31,721 bases of DNA from a virus (IMGVR_UViG_3300020416_000036:1-31721); one strand, 5' to 3'. Counted from the first letter of the stretch, positions 6,466-17,500 are shown. Notes: generated by a model from the sequence alone, not told the origin. A program made the numbers and translations.

Positions 6466-8901
6466 ATGAAGGACGTAAAAATAAATATTTCATCTGTAGG
6501 TTTTCCAAGTCAGTTTGTGTCAGACGCCGAAAAAGCCACCGACCAGTTCGGATTACAGATAGGACAAGCGATACAATACGAATGGTTTAGAAAAGACTCT
6601 AATGGGTGTAGATATTACAGCCAGTGGAGAGACTTCAATAGGCTAAGACTTTATGCTCGTGGAGAGCAGTCAATTGCTAAGTATAAAAACGAATTAGCTG
6701 TTGACGGAGATTTGTCTTATCTAAATTTAGATTGGACGCCCGTCCCTATTCTTCCTAAGTTTGTAGATATAGTAGTAAACGGAATGCAAGACAGACTGTT
6801 TAAAGTAAAAGCTTATGCACAAGACGCATTATCTCAATCTAAAAGAAGTAAATATCAAGACATGATAGAAGGGCAAATGGCCGCTAAACCTGTATTAACT
6901 ACCATAAAAGATGAAACCGGTTTTGATCCATTTATAATGGATCCTGACGAATTGCCTGCATCCGATGAAGAGCTTTCATTGTACATGAATTTAAATTATA
7001 AGCCAGCAATAGAAATAGCGGAAGAAGAAGCTATAGATACTATGTTTGCAGAGAATCATTATGAAGATATTAGAAAACGAATAGACTATGACCAGATGGT
7101 TGTAGGTGTAGGCATGGCAAAGCATGAGTTTTTGCCAGGATCAGGAGTGAAAGTTTCCTACGTAGACCCCGCAAATGTGGTATATAGTTATACAGAAGAT
7201 CCTTACTTTAAAGATTGTTTTTACTGGGGGGAAATAAAAACGGTTGGAATAAGCGAGTTAATAAAAATAGACCCTACATTAACTAGAGAAGATTTAGAAA
7301 AAATATCTCAATATAGCCAAAGCTGGTACGATTACTTTAATACTGCTCAGTATTATGAGAATGATATATTTTATAGAGATACTTGTACTTTAATGTATTT
7401 TAATTATAAGACCACTAAAAAAATGGTTTATAAAAAAAAGATTACAGATACAGGGTCTAGTAGAATGATTGAAAAAGATGATACTTTTAATCCACCAGAA
7501 GAAATGTTGGAAGAAGGTAAGTTTGAGAAAATAGAAAAGACTATTGATGTATGGTATGATGGTGTTATGGTCATGGGGACTAACATAATCTTAAAATGGG
7601 AACTTGCAAAAAACATGGTAAGGCCTAAGTCTTCATCTCAACATGCTTTACCTAATTATGTTGCGGTTGCGCCTAGAATGTATAAGGGGGTAATAGAATC
7701 TTTAGTAAGAAGAATGATTCCTTTTGCAGATCTAATTCAAATGACACATCTTAAACTACAACAAGTAATAGCTCGAGTAGTTCCGGATGGTGTATATATA
7801 GATGCTGATGGTTTAAATGAGGTTGATTTAGGCACAGGAGCCGCGTATAATCCTGAAGATGCACTTCGGCTTTATTTTCAAACAGGTAGCGTCGTTGGCC
7901 GTAGTTACACACAAGAGGGAGAGTATAATCAAGGGCGTACTCCTATTCAACAATTAACAAGTAATTCAGGGGCCTCAAAAACTCAAATGCTCATAGCAAA
8001 TTATAATCATTACTTGGATATGATTAGATCAGTTACAGGGTTAAATGAAGCTAGAGACGGTTCCACCCCAAACCCAGACGCTTTAGTGGGTGTACAAAAA
8101 TTAGCGGCACTCAACTCAAACACAGCTACCCGCCATATATTAGACGGAAGTCTTTACATATATCGCACGTTAGCTGAAGCGCTAACGTATAGGGTGGCTG
8201 ATATATTAGAGTTTTCAGATTTTAAAGATGACTTTATAAATAAAATAGGAAAGTATAACGTGAGCATATTAGGAGAAATTTCTCAGCTTTACATCTATGA
8301 CTTTGGGGTGTTTATTGAGTTGTCTCCCGATGAAGAGCAAAAAGCTATGCTTGAGCAGAATATACAAATGGCTTTATCCAAACAAGATATTAATCTTGAA
8401 GACGCGATTGATATTCGTGAAATTAAAAATCTCAAACTAGCTAATCAGCTATTAAAAGTAAAAAGAAAATCTAAACAAGAAGCTGACGAAAAAAGAGAAA
8501 TGCAAAAACAAGCTATGATTTCTCAACAACAACTTAAATCTCAAGAGATGGCTGCTCAAGTAGCGGTACAAAAAATAGAACTTGAGGCGCAAGCTGAAAT
8601 GAAAGTGAAGCAAGCTGAAATTGCTTTTGAGATAGAGAAACAAAATAATGAAGCAAATCTTAAAGCTCAGCTTATGAAACAGGAATTTGCTTATAATCAG
8701 CAACTTAGAAATGTATCTGAAAACGCTTTAGCTTTTAGAGAAGGGGCTAGAGAAGAGGCTAAAAGTAAAAGAATTAGTCAACAAAATACAGAACAATCTC
8801 AATTAATTAACCAAAGAAAAAACAATTTACCGCCTAAAAACTTTGAGTCAAATGAAGATTCTATGGACGGATTTGACCTTGCGGAGTTTAATCCTAGGTA
8901 G
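6466..8901 (+). CDS. Portal protein (crAss-like size, long C-terminal coiled-coil barrel)
   Basis: 811 aa after TerL, with LNLDWTPVPILPKFVDIVVNG, VTGLNEARDG and a Gln/Glu/Lys-rich helical C-terminus as in podovirus portals. Confidence 0.88.
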   Translation: MKDVKINISSVGFPSQFVSDAEKATDQFGLQIGQAIQYEWFRKDSNGCRYYSQWRDFNRLRLYARGEQSIAKYKNELAVDGDLSYLNLDWTPVPILPKFVDIVVNGMQDRLFKVKAYAQDALSQSKRSKYQDMIEGQMAAKPVLTTIKDETGFDPFIMDPDELPASDEELSLYMNLNYKPAIEIAEEEAIDTMFAENHYEDIRKRIDYDQMVVGVGMAKHEFLPGSGVKVSYVDPANVVYSYTEDPYFKDCFYWGEIKTVGISELIKIDPTLTREDLEKISQYSQSWYDYFNTAQYYENDIFYRDTCTLMYFNYKTTKKMVYKKKITDTGSSRMIEKDDTFNPPEEMLEEGKFEKIEKTIDVWYDGVMVMGTNIILKWELAKNMVRPKSSSQHALPNYVAVAPRMYKGVIESLVRRMIPFADLIQMTHLKLQQVIARVVPDGVYIDADGLNEVDLGTGAAYNPEDALRLYFQTGSVVGRSYTQEGEYNQGRTPIQQLTSNSGASKTQMLIANYNHYLDMIRSVTGLNEARDGSTPNPDALVGVQKLAALNSNTATRHILDGSLYIYRTLAEALTYRVADILEFSDFKDDFINKIGKYNVSILGEISQLYIYDFGVFIELSPDEEQKAMLEQNIQMALSKQDINLEDAIDIREIKNLKLANQLLKVKRKSKQEADEKREMQKQAMISQQQLKSQEMAAQVAVQKIELEAQAEMKVKQAEIAFEIEKQNNEANLKAQLMKQEFAYNQQLRNVSENALAFREGAREEAKSKRISQQNTEQSQLINQRKNNLPPKNFESNEDSMDGFDLAEFNPR

Positions 8902-8925
8902 CAAAAAACGTATTTCTTTTTTTAT

Positions 8926-8933
8926 TAATTTTG
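8926..8933 (+). promoter_or_regulatory. Bacteroidota -7 promoter box (TAATTTTG)
   Basis: Exact TAnnTTTG match in the intergenic gap before the scaffold/MCP genes. Confidence 0.55.
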
Positions 8934-8938
8934 TTTTA

Positions 8939-8959
8939 TAAATCAAATCTAATCAAATG
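8939..8959 (+). promoter_or_regulatory. Pentamer-periodic leader (TAAAT CAAAT CTAAT CAAAT G)
   Basis: Four consecutive YWAAT units, the last supplying the AT of the ATG at 8957. Confidence 0.6.
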
Positions 8960-10135
8960 GACATAAAAGTAAGAGAAGTCACCGATGTGGTTGAAAAATC
9001 TAAACAGCAAATAGAACAAGAGCTTTTAGATAAACATGAAGCTCAGCAAAAGCTAGAGTTTGATGATAAGCCAGAACAAAAACAGGTAGTTAAAGATGTA
9101 TCTTCTGATCCTGAACAAAAAACAGAAGAGCCGGTAAGCGAACCAGAGCCTGTCGAAAGTGTTAAAGAACCTGAAACGGAAACACCAAAGACAGAACAAA
9201 GTGAGCCTCCGCAAATACAAGAAACAGATGTTCTTTCATTTATTGAAAAAAGATATGGTAAGCAGATTAGTTCTTTAGAGGAACTTACAGCTGAAAGAGA
9301 AGAGGCCGAGCCTCTGCCCGAAGATGTAGCTGCTTATTTTAAATATAAAAAAGAAACAGGAAGAAGTTTAGAAGATTATGTAAAGTTACAGCAAGATTTT
9401 TCTAACATGAATCCTGACTCTTTGCTTCGAGAGTATTTAACTATAACTGAAGAAGGTTTAGACCCTGAAGACATTGATTCCTTAATGGAAGAATATGACT
9501 ACGATGAAGAGGTTGACGAGCCAGCAGCTATAAAAAAACTCAAACTAGCAAAGAAAAAAGATATTGCCAAAGCTAAAAAATTCTTTAGAGAACAGCAGGA
9601 AATATACAAACAGCCTCTTGAGTCAAGAGAAAGTTCAGCCCCGCCCTCAAAAGAATATGAAGCTTATAAGCAATATATGAGTGAAGCTAAAACGCAACAA
9701 GAAGAAAGTAACCGCAAGTCTCAGTGGTTTGCGAAAAAAAGCGATGAGTTATTTAATACCGAGTTTAAAGGTTTTAAATTCAAGGTAGATGATTCAGAAG
9801 TAATATTTTCTCCTGGTAGCCCAGCTGAGTTAAGGAAAGTCCAAGATACTCCAATGAATTTTGTAAATAAATTTTTGGATGACTCGGGAATGCTTAGTGA
9901 TGCAGAAGGATACCACCGCTCTTTAGCTATAGCAATGAATCCTGAAAAGTTTGCTCAGTTCTTTTATGATCAAGGCAAATCTAATGCGACTGAAGATGTT
10001 ATGCGTAAGACTAAAAATATAAATATGACAGAGCGCACAGCACCGGAGGTTTCAACTAAAGGAGGAATGCAAGTTAAATCAGTATCTCAACCTTCGAGTA
10101 GAGGCCTGAAAATTAAAAGTATTAAACGAAGTTAA
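8957..10135 (+). CDS. Putative capsid scaffolding/assembly protein
   Basis: Very acidic, Glu/Pro-rich disordered N-terminus, helical core and basic C-terminal tip. Located between portal and MCP. Confidence 0.65.
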   Translation: MDIKVREVTDVVEKSKQQIEQELLDKHEAQQKLEFDDKPEQKQVVKDVSSDPEQKTEEPVSEPEPVESVKEPETETPKTEQSEPPQIQETDVLSFIEKRYGKQISSLEELTAEREEAEPLPEDVAAYFKYKKETGRSLEDYVKLQQDFSNMNPDSLLREYLTITEEGLDPEDIDSLMEEYDYDEEVDEPAAIKKLKLAKKKDIAKAKKFFREQQEIYKQPLESRESSAPPSKEYEAYKQYMSEAKTQQEESNRKSQWFAKKSDELFNTEFKGFKFKVDDSEVIFSPGSPAELRKVQDTPMNFVNKFLDDSGMLSDAEGYHRSLAIAMNPEKFAQFFYDQGKSNATEDVMRKTKNINMTERTAPEVSTKGGMQVKSVSQPSSRGLKIKSIKRS

Positions 10136-10164
10136 ATTTAAAAATTAATTAAAAATTATATATT

Positions 10165-11622
10165 ATGGCTGGACAAGTAAAATCGACTCCAACATTTGCG
10201 TTGACTCCGAGTTCGGAAAGAATTCCAACATCGGAAAACTACATAACTAATTTTGACTTTTTGAATCAGTATCTACCTGATACTTATGAAAAAGAGTTTG
10301 AGCGTTATGGAAACAGAACTATCTCATCCTTCCTTAGAATGGTTGGAGCTGAGATGCCTACCAATTCTGACCTTATTAAATGGGCAGAACAAGGTAGATT
10401 ACACACTAAATACACTCAAGTAGGTTCAACGGGATCTGCAACAGATGATCAAGTTGTTTTTCAAGTAAATGATACATTAGACCCAACTGCAGCAGAGCAA
10501 GTTATCAGAGTAGGACAAACTATAGTTGTTGTTCAAAACGATGGCTCAGGTTCTAACAAAGCAGTAGTTAGTGCTGTGGATAACGCAGCCGGTGGTAGAG
10601 GTAGATTTACTGCGGATTTTTATGAGGCTGGTGGATTAGTAACTTCAGGAACAGGATTAACTAACGCTGATGTTACTGTATTTATTTACGGATCAGAATT
10701 TAAGAAAGGAACTGCTGGAATGGTTGGTTCTCTTGAATCTAACGACTTCATCTTTGACAATAAGCCTATTATCATTAAAGATACTTACAATGTGTCTGGA
10801 TCAGATATGGCTCAAATTGGATGGGTAGAAATTACTACTGAAGATAGAGCTACAGGATACCTTTGGTATTTAAAATCTGAGCATGAAACAAGACTAAGAT
10901 TTGATGATTATTTAGAAACTGCAATGATTGAAGCTGTACCTGCAGAGCAAAACTCTGGTGCTGCAGCAATCCTTGGAAGCGCAGGTGGTGCAGCAAATCC
11001 TGGAGCAGGATCTGATGGTATCTTCTATAGCGTACAACAAAGAGGTAACATCTGGGATGGTGGAAACCCAACTACATTAGCTGACTTTGACAATGTAATT
11101 AGTAGACTTGATAAGCAAGGAGCAATTGAAGAAAACGTAATATTCGTTGACAGACAATTTGCTTTTGATATTGATGATATGTTAGCTGCTCAAAATTCTT
11201 ATGGAGCAGGTGGTACATCATACGGTCTATTTGACAATGATGAAGAAATGGCTTTAAATTTAGGTTTTTCTGGATTCAGAAGAGGTTATGACTTCTATAA
11301 AACTGACTGGAAATATTTAAATGACCCTACTATGAGGGGTGGACTTCCAACAGGAGCAGGATCAGGACGTGTAAACGGACTACTTGTACCAGCTGGATCT
11401 ACAAGTGTTTATGATCAAATTCTTGGTAAAAACGCTAAAAGACCTTTCTTACATGTTAGATATAGAGCTTCAGAAACTGAAGACAGACGTTACAAAACTT
11501 GGATTACTGGTTCTGCTGGTGGTGCAAGAACAAGTGATGTGGATAACATGCAAGTTAACTTCTTGTCAGAAAGAGCTGTGTGTACTTTAGGTGCTAACAA
11601 CTTCTTTATATTTCAAGAATAG
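10165..11622 (+). CDS. Major capsid protein
   Basis: 485 aa with SDLIKWAEQGRLH, GYLWYLKSEHETRLRF and FLSERAVCTLGANNF. Codon usage is visibly biased as in a highly expressed gene. Follows the scaffold gene and is followed by a strong terminator. Confidence 0.88.
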   Translation: MAGQVKSTPTFALTPSSERIPTSENYITNFDFLNQYLPDTYEKEFERYGNRTISSFLRMVGAEMPTNSDLIKWAEQGRLHTKYTQVGSTGSATDDQVVFQVNDTLDPTAAEQVIRVGQTIVVVQNDGSGSNKAVVSAVDNAAGGRGRFTADFYEAGGLVTSGTGLTNADVTVFIYGSEFKKGTAGMVGSLESNDFIFDNKPIIIKDTYNVSGSDMAQIGWVEITTEDRATGYLWYLKSEHETRLRFDDYLETAMIEAVPAEQNSGAAAILGSAGGAANPGAGSDGIFYSVQQRGNIWDGGNPTTLADFDNVISRLDKQGAIEENVIFVDRQFAFDIDDMLAAQNSYGAGGTSYGLFDNDEEMALNLGFSGFRRGYDFYKTDWKYLNDPTMRGGLPTGAGSGRVNGLLVPAGSTSVYDQILGKNAKRPFLHVRYRASETEDRRYKTWITGSAGGARTSDVDNMQVNFLSERAVCTLGANNFFIFQE

Positions 11623-11640
11623 TTAATAATTGTTTTTTCT

Positions 11641-11667
11641 GGGGAGCTTACGGGCTCCCCTTTTTTT
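11641..11667 (+). terminator. Rho-independent terminator after MCP
   Basis: GGGGAGCT-TACG-GGCTCCCC hairpin (8 bp including one G-U pair, UNCG tetraloop) followed by T7. Confidence 0.92.
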
Positions 11668-11675
11668 ATAAAATT

Positions 11676-11691
11676 TAAATTTAATCTAATG
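11676..11691 (+). promoter_or_regulatory. Pentamer-periodic leader (TAAAT TTAAT CTAAT G)
   Basis: 17-nt identity (11675-11691) with 3165-3181. Confidence 0.6.
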
Positions 11692-12444
11692 AAAACTACT
11701 ACAAAATACGTAGATAAAATCTACAAACTAATGCGCGAAACAGCGCCTTTATCATTAACCTTAGCGTCGAGACATACTAAAAGATTTCCGCTTTTATGGT
11801 TTGATGAAAAAAAAGGAATCAATAAAGCATTAAGGTATGCGAGGAATCAAAACTCACCATTTCAAGATGAGCAAGACGATAATGCTATTATAGAGCCTAT
11901 TGTGTTTGAGGATGGATTTTTAACTGTCCGTAAAGAAAATCAGGTACTACAAAAATTTTTGGAATATCACCCCGGCAAAGGAAGAATCTATGTTGAGGTA
12001 GATAAAGCAAAGGAGGCTTCTGATGTTGTAGAAAACTTAAATTTAGAAGTAGATGCTTTAATTGAAGCAAGGCAACTGACAGTTGATCAAGTGGAAAATG
12101 TTGGGCGAGTTTTATTTAAGAAAGACGTAACCAGAACGACGACGGCGGAGCTGAGAAGAGATATTCTTGTTTTTGCAAAAAATCAGCCTAAAGATTTTAT
12201 GATGCTACTGCAAGATCCAATGCTTAAAATGAATGCAACCATACAAGGTTTTTTTGATAAAAACATTCTACAGTTAAGAAATCAAAAGAAAGAGGTGTGG
12301 TTTAATACTCCTTCTAATAAGAAGAAAATGTTAAATGTACCTTATGGAGAAGATCCAATTTATATGGTAGCTTCTTTTTTTGAATCGGAAGATGGTGTAG
12401 AAGTATTGAAGCATTTATCGGGATTGGCTAAAAACATGCAATAA
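11689..12444 (+). CDS. Head-module protein downstream of MCP, function unknown
   Basis: 251-aa ORF with ATG and conserved leader. Its position corresponds to the conserved post-MCP gene of crAss-like phages (inference). Confidence 0.6.
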   Translation: MKTTTKYVDKIYKLMRETAPLSLTLASRHTKRFPLLWFDEKKGINKALRYARNQNSPFQDEQDDNAIIEPIVFEDGFLTVRKENQVLQKFLEYHPGKGRIYVEVDKAKEASDVVENLNLEVDALIEARQLTVDQVENVGRVLFKKDVTRTTTAELRRDILVFAKNQPKDFMMLLQDPMLKMNATIQGFFDKNILQLRNQKKEVWFNTPSNKKKMLNVPYGEDPIYMVASFFESEDGVEVLKHLSGLAKNMQ

Positions 12445-12463
12445 AGTGTGTTTTTATTTTCCG

Positions 12464-12471
12464 TATATTTG
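12464..12471 (+). promoter_or_regulatory. Bacteroidota -7 promoter box (TATATTTG)
   Basis: Exact TAnnTTTG in CGTATATTTGT context, intergenic, 29 nt before the ATG at 12501. Confidence 0.65.
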
Positions 12472-12500
12472 TTTTTTGTTTAACCCATAAATTTTTTAAC

Positions 12501-12788
12501 ATGGCAAAATATATACAGATTACCACAGGAGCGGGAAATGAAATGATCCCGATTGGCGAAGGATTATTCGTTGAAAGAACAAGCGCAACCGCAATGAGAA
12601 TTTATAGTACAGCATCTTTTTCACATCACTATGCACTAGTTACAGTGGGCAGTACGTTTGCAATGGTTACAGCTATTAACGCTGCTATTGAAACTGCTTG
12701 TCAAACAAGCTGGACAAATGCCGTAGTTCCCGTAGCACTTCCTAATGGAGAGACTGTTACGAGTATAGCAGTTACAGTATTTTCTTAA
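12501..12788 (+). CDS. Small Ala/Thr/Val-rich protein, possible capsid decoration protein
   Basis: 95 aa with structural-protein-like composition, bracketed by its own promoter box and terminator. Confidence 0.55.
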   Translation: MAKYIQITTGAGNEMIPIGEGLFVERTSATAMRIYSTASFSHHYALVTVGSTFAMVTAINAAIETACQTSWTNAVVPVALPNGETVTSIAVTVFS

Positions 12789-12818
12789 TTCTTTATTTCA
12801 TTTTTTATAGTTTAATTC

Positions 12819-12854
12819 AAGAGAGGTCATGAAAAATTGACCTCTTTTTTTTTT
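12819..12854 (+). terminator. Rho-independent terminator
   Basis: AGAGGTCA (12822-12829) pairs with TGACCTCT (12838-12845) around an 8-nt loop, followed by a T run to 12854. Confidence 0.85.
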
Positions 12855-12857
12855 ACT

Positions 12858-12865
12858 TATCTTTG
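12858..12865 (+). promoter_or_regulatory. Bacteroidota -7 promoter box (TATCTTTG) for the tail genes
   Basis: Exact TAnnTTTG directly after the terminator. TTG at 12837-12839 could serve as the -33 element. Confidence 0.6.
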
Positions 12866-12880
12866 TGTAAAAGAATAACA

Positions 12881-13612
12881 ATGATAAATTCTGTAAGAAA
12901 TACAGTTTTAGCCGTCCTTAATAAAAATAACTACGGCTATATATCACCACAAGATTTTAATTTATTCGCAAAGCAAGCACAACTTGATATTTTTGATGAT
13001 TATTTTTATCAGTATAATCAATTAATTAATCAAGAAAACGCTAGAATGGTAGGGTCGGGATATGCTGACATACGAAAGGGTTACGAAGAGGTTATAGATT
13101 TATTTTCGGAAACTAAAACTTTAACTCAAAATTTACTTAACCAATATTTTTTACCATCTCAAAGCACAACAGGGGACGACTATTATTTAATAAATAAAGT
13201 TCTTTGTTCTAGTGGAGGTGTGTATCAAGGAGAAGCGGAAAAGGTATCCAATAGCAATATAACTCTTTTAAACGGTTCTAATTTAACATCACCAACACTT
13301 ACATATCCAGCATATACATTACAAGGAGCATTTATAACAATATTCCCTGCTCAGTTTAATGGAGCTACAGATATTGAAGCACAATATATTCGCTATCCTA
13401 AAGATCCTAATTGGACGTATTTAAACGTAGCTAATGGAGAACCTGCATTCAACCAAAGTAATGCAGATTTTCAAGACTTTGAGTTATCTAGGGATGATGA
13501 AACATCTTTAGTGTTCAAGATATTACAATACGCCGGAATGTCTATCAGAGATATTCAAGAGGCACAGTTTGGTGCAGAACAAGAACAAATGGAAGAACAA
13601 AAAGAAAACTAA
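12881..13612 (+). CDS. Tail ring/adaptor (tail tubular A-like) protein
   Basis: Start moved from the track's TTG at 12863, which lies inside the promoter box, to the ATG at 12881 with an A-rich leader. MINSVRNTVLAVLNKNNYGYISPQDFNLFAKQAQLDIF and YIRYPKDPNW resemble crAss-like ring proteins; position fits. Confidence 0.65.
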   Translation: MINSVRNTVLAVLNKNNYGYISPQDFNLFAKQAQLDIFDDYFYQYNQLINQENARMVGSGYADIRKGYEEVIDLFSETKTLTQNLLNQYFLPSQSTTGDDYYLINKVLCSSGGVYQGEAEKVSNSNITLLNGSNLTSPTLTYPAYTLQGAFITIFPAQFNGATDIEAQYIRYPKDPNWTYLNVANGEPAFNQSNADFQDFELSRDDETSLVFKILQYAGMSIRDIQEAQFGAEQEQMEEQKEN

Positions 13613-14532
13613 TGGCATATTTATCTCAATATCAATATTACGAAAACGCAGGTGTATCGCCATCAAATGCTAATTGGGGGTCTTACCAGTATGTTCCCTT
13701 AACAGATATTGTTAATAATTTTTTATTGATGTACTCTGGAAACCACTCTTTAGTTAATAACGAAGAGCGATATAAAATATTATTTCATGCAAAGAGAGGA
13801 ATACAAGAATTAAACTACGATGCGTTTAAAGAAATAAAAGCTTTAGAAATGAAGGTGTTTGATGATTTAAAATTCATTCTTCCTTCAGATTATGTAAATT
13901 GGGTGCGTATCTCTTTGTATAAAGATGGCTATTTAAGGCCTCTAACAGAAAATATTCAAGTTAATGCTGCGGTCTCTTATTTACAGAGCTCCTCGGGTTC
14001 TTTAAGTTTTAATGCCGATGGTACTATACAAACTACTACTTCAACTTTAGATACGCAAAGAATAGATGGGTCACAGCAAAGTATATATTTAAATCAAAAT
14101 AATTCTAATGATGCATCAGATATAGCTTCAGAAAATCCTGACGCATGGAAAGATTATAATATTGGAGCACGGTATGGGCTAAATACTGAAACAGCAAATT
14201 TTAATCCTACGTTTCGAATAGACAAAAAATCGGGGGTAATAAATTTTGATTCTACAATGGCTAACGAGCAATGTATATTAGAATATATAGCTGATGGCAT
14301 GGAAGGTGGAAATGATTCATTAGTTAGTGTAAATAAACTATTTGAAGATTTTTTATATGCTTACATAAAATATGAAATATTAAATAACAAATTTGGAGTA
14401 CAGGAATATATAATAAATAGAGCGCGAAAAGATAAAAGTTCTTTATTAAGAAACGCAAAAATAAGAATAAGTAATATTCACCCTGGTAGGCTATTAATGA
14501 ATCTACGAGGAGAGAATAAGTGGATTAAATAA
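13612..14532 (+). CDS. Second tail ring/tubular protein
   Basis: 306 aa, coupled by TAATG. Contains ILFHAKRGIQELNYD, LPSDYVNWVRIS and CILEYIADG. Located between the adaptor and nozzle genes. Confidence 0.65.
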   Translation: MAYLSQYQYYENAGVSPSNANWGSYQYVPLTDIVNNFLLMYSGNHSLVNNEERYKILFHAKRGIQELNYDAFKEIKALEMKVFDDLKFILPSDYVNWVRISLYKDGYLRPLTENIQVNAAVSYLQSSSGSLSFNADGTIQTTTSTLDTQRIDGSQQSIYLNQNNSNDASDIASENPDAWKDYNIGARYGLNTETANFNPTFRIDKKSGVINFDSTMANEQCILEYIADGMEGGNDSLVSVNKLFEDFLYAYIKYEILNNKFGVQEYIINRARKDKSSLLRNAKIRISNIHPGRLLMNLRGENKWIK

Positions 14533-14533
14533 A

Positions 14534-17500
14534 ATGGCAAACCTACAAAGAAATTTTATCGCGGGAAGGATGAACAAGTCTCTCGACGAAAGGCTTGTAC
14601 CGAATGGAGAGTATATAGACGCATTAAATGTTAGGTTAGGTTCTACTGAAGATTCTGAAATAGGATCAGTTGAAAACTCAAAAGGTAATACTAAAATGAC
14701 AAGTTTGCAGTATGAGCAAACAAACAGTGTTACTGGAGCAGTACTTTTAAGTAATCAAGCAAGGTGTATCGGGGCTTTTGAAGATGGACAAAACAATAGA
14801 ATCTATTGGTTTGTACACGACCCTGCTTTTTCGGTAGGAAATACAGGAAAAATAGATATGATTGTTTCTTTTAATCCAACTACAAAAAATTTAACCTACC
14901 ACATAATTAGTATTGATGATGGATTTGGAGGAAATACTACCCTTAATTTTAATCCAAAGCATTTAGTTACTGGAATTAATTTAGTAGAGGATTTATTGTT
15001 TTTTACAGATAATATAAATCCCCCGAGATTTATAAATGTTACGCAAAATTATCCCAACCCTTTATTTGACATAGATCAAACAACTGCTGAGGAGTTTATG
15101 GTTATTAAAAAACCCCCAGTAACTGCGCCAGTTTTAACTTTAAAACAACAAATAAATAATTTAGATGATTTTTTAGAAACTAGATTTATTTGTTTTGCAT
15201 ATCGTTATCAATACGCTAACGGTGAATTTTCCGCTACATCTCAATGGTCAGAGCCTGCGTTTGATCCAAACAATTATAACTACAGTTATGCCACAAATTT
15301 AAATGAAGGCATGGTGAATACAGTAACTGGAGTGAATGTTCAATTTAATTCGGGAAGTGCGTTAGTTAAAAACATAGAAATTTTATATAAAGAAATTACC
15401 GATGGCACTGTTAAAATAGTAGATAAGCTATCTAAAGACCTTCAAGGGTTTGCTGATAACACAAATTATAGTTTTACGTTTGACAATAGTAAAATATTTA
15501 CAGTACTCCCTTCAACAGAATTACTTCGTCTTTACGACAATGTTCCTGTAAAAGCACTGGGTCAAACTTTGATGGGCAATCGATTAGTTTATGGTAATTA
15601 TGTTGAGGGTTATGATTTAAAAGATATATTTAACAACCCGGTTAAATTAGAATTTTTAACTAATTTAATAGAAAACCAAATTCAAAATTTTTCTTTAACG
15701 ACAAGTCTAGAAGCTGGATCTTATACTTTTGGAAGTGTTCAGACAATTCCTAATTCGATAGCTAAAGTAGATTTTTCTAGTGTGGATACTTTTACCCAAC
15801 TAAAAGCAGGAACTTCTTTTGTTATATATTTTACGTTTGAACATTCTAAATATGATCCAACAGCTAGTCAACCTACCACTACTACAGAAAACGTAGAGGT
15901 TCAGTTTTCTTATACTTTACCTCAAGACTACACCTCTATATATGACTTGGTTGCAGCTGCAGATTTTCAAGAATCTATCGGTACAGCCTCTAATATAAAA
16001 CCCGTTTATGATACGGTAAACCCTACTTCATGTTCGGGATTTACTTTAACAGATTTTGTAAATTGTTTTATTCCTACTACTCAAACCACTTCTTCAGGAA
16101 CAGTAACTAAATTTTCTAGTGGGATTACTGCTGCAGGAGAGCCCATAAAAATTGTAGACAATACACCAGCTACTACAAGTATAAAACTGCAATTACCGGC
16201 AATGCGATATGTAACGGACCCTGCAATTCCAACCGGAGGGTGGTATGAGTATTACAAATATATTTCCTTAACTGCCCAATTTACTACTGTATCTAATCCA
16301 AAAAGTTTACATAGTAATAGAGGTTATGAGGTGGGCGTTGTATATATGGATGAGTTTTTGCGCTCTTCTACTGCTTTAGTTAGTCCCAATAATACTATCC
16401 AAATTCCCTGTACTAATTCGGTCACACAAAACCAAATACAGGTAACTATACCTTGGGCGCAAAGAGCTCCATTCTGGGCTAAGTATTATAAGTTTGTTCT
16501 TAAACCAGATCAGTCAACTTATGAAACAATTTATAGTGAAATATTTTTTAAAGATCCTCAAAGCAATAGTTATTTCTTTTTATTAGAAGGAGAAAATGCA
16601 GCCAAAGTTGAAGCGGGTCAAAGACTGATAGTCAAAAGAGATAGCGGAGGAGCAGTGGAGCAATGTGTTGAAGCTGTGGTAACGGACAAACAAGTACAGT
16701 CTTCTAATTTTTTAAAAATACGAAACCCTTTTGACACTACAACTTACACTCAGGAACCACCAGAAGACCCATTTGCTGTAGGATATTACATTAATCTCCC
16801 AGCAGGGCCTTACATGGAAATGGTTCCTAGTGGATTTAATATAACTGAAACAACTAGTGTGGGTGGTAGCGCAGTAGCAAATACACCTGTAACCTCGACT
16901 TTTCCACGTTTGCAAAAATCTAAAGGTTTCCCCGTGGGGCGTGCGTTGGTAAATGTTCCAAACTTAGATCCAAATGCTAGTCCTACCGCAAAATTTATAG
17001 ATTATACTATTCCAGTTAATAGTCAAATTAACATTACAATAGAGCAACGAAGAGAAGGTTTAAGAGGCGGTTTTTTAGGTGGGTGTGAATATAGGTATAA
17101 CACTTATGAGTCTCCAGATTTATTTGCTTCAACAGATTATGCAAATTTTCAAGCATGGTTTGAAGGTGATAATATAGGAGATTTAATTACACAAAATAGT
17201 ATAGTAGATAACGGAGACGGCAGTCAAACTACGAACACTTATATTTCAGGAACTCCAATAGATGGAACTGCTACGGGATTAAATGTCAGTGTACCACCTG
17301 AAACCATAAACAGCACTGATAAAAATCCATTTATTCCTGTTGCTTTAGGAACCAATTCGTATCAATTTTTTAACGCTAATGATGGGTCTAAATGGTTGTT
17401 AGCAACTGGTACACAAAGTTGTAAGTCTGGACCTTTCAATGCGGGGGGGCGTTCGTCTTCTGTGTTTATGAAAATTACAGTGCAAAGAGCTGATCAAGGA

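Noticed and set aside
7432-7440. A-AAA-AAG slippery heptamer in the portal gene (also T8 at 4927-4934 in TerL)
   Set aside because: Expected by chance in Lys- or Phe-rich AT-rich coding sequence. I see no stimulatory hairpin, and both fall within conserved protein cores.
11384-11590. Alternative-frame + strand ORFs inside MCP (11384-11590) and the nozzle gene (17508-17690)
   Set aside because: Short out-of-frame by-products of biased codon usage, with no initiation or frameshift signal seen.
12863-12880. TTG start for the ring protein
   Set aside because: It lies within the TATCTTTG promoter box. The ATG at 12881 has a typical A-rich leader.
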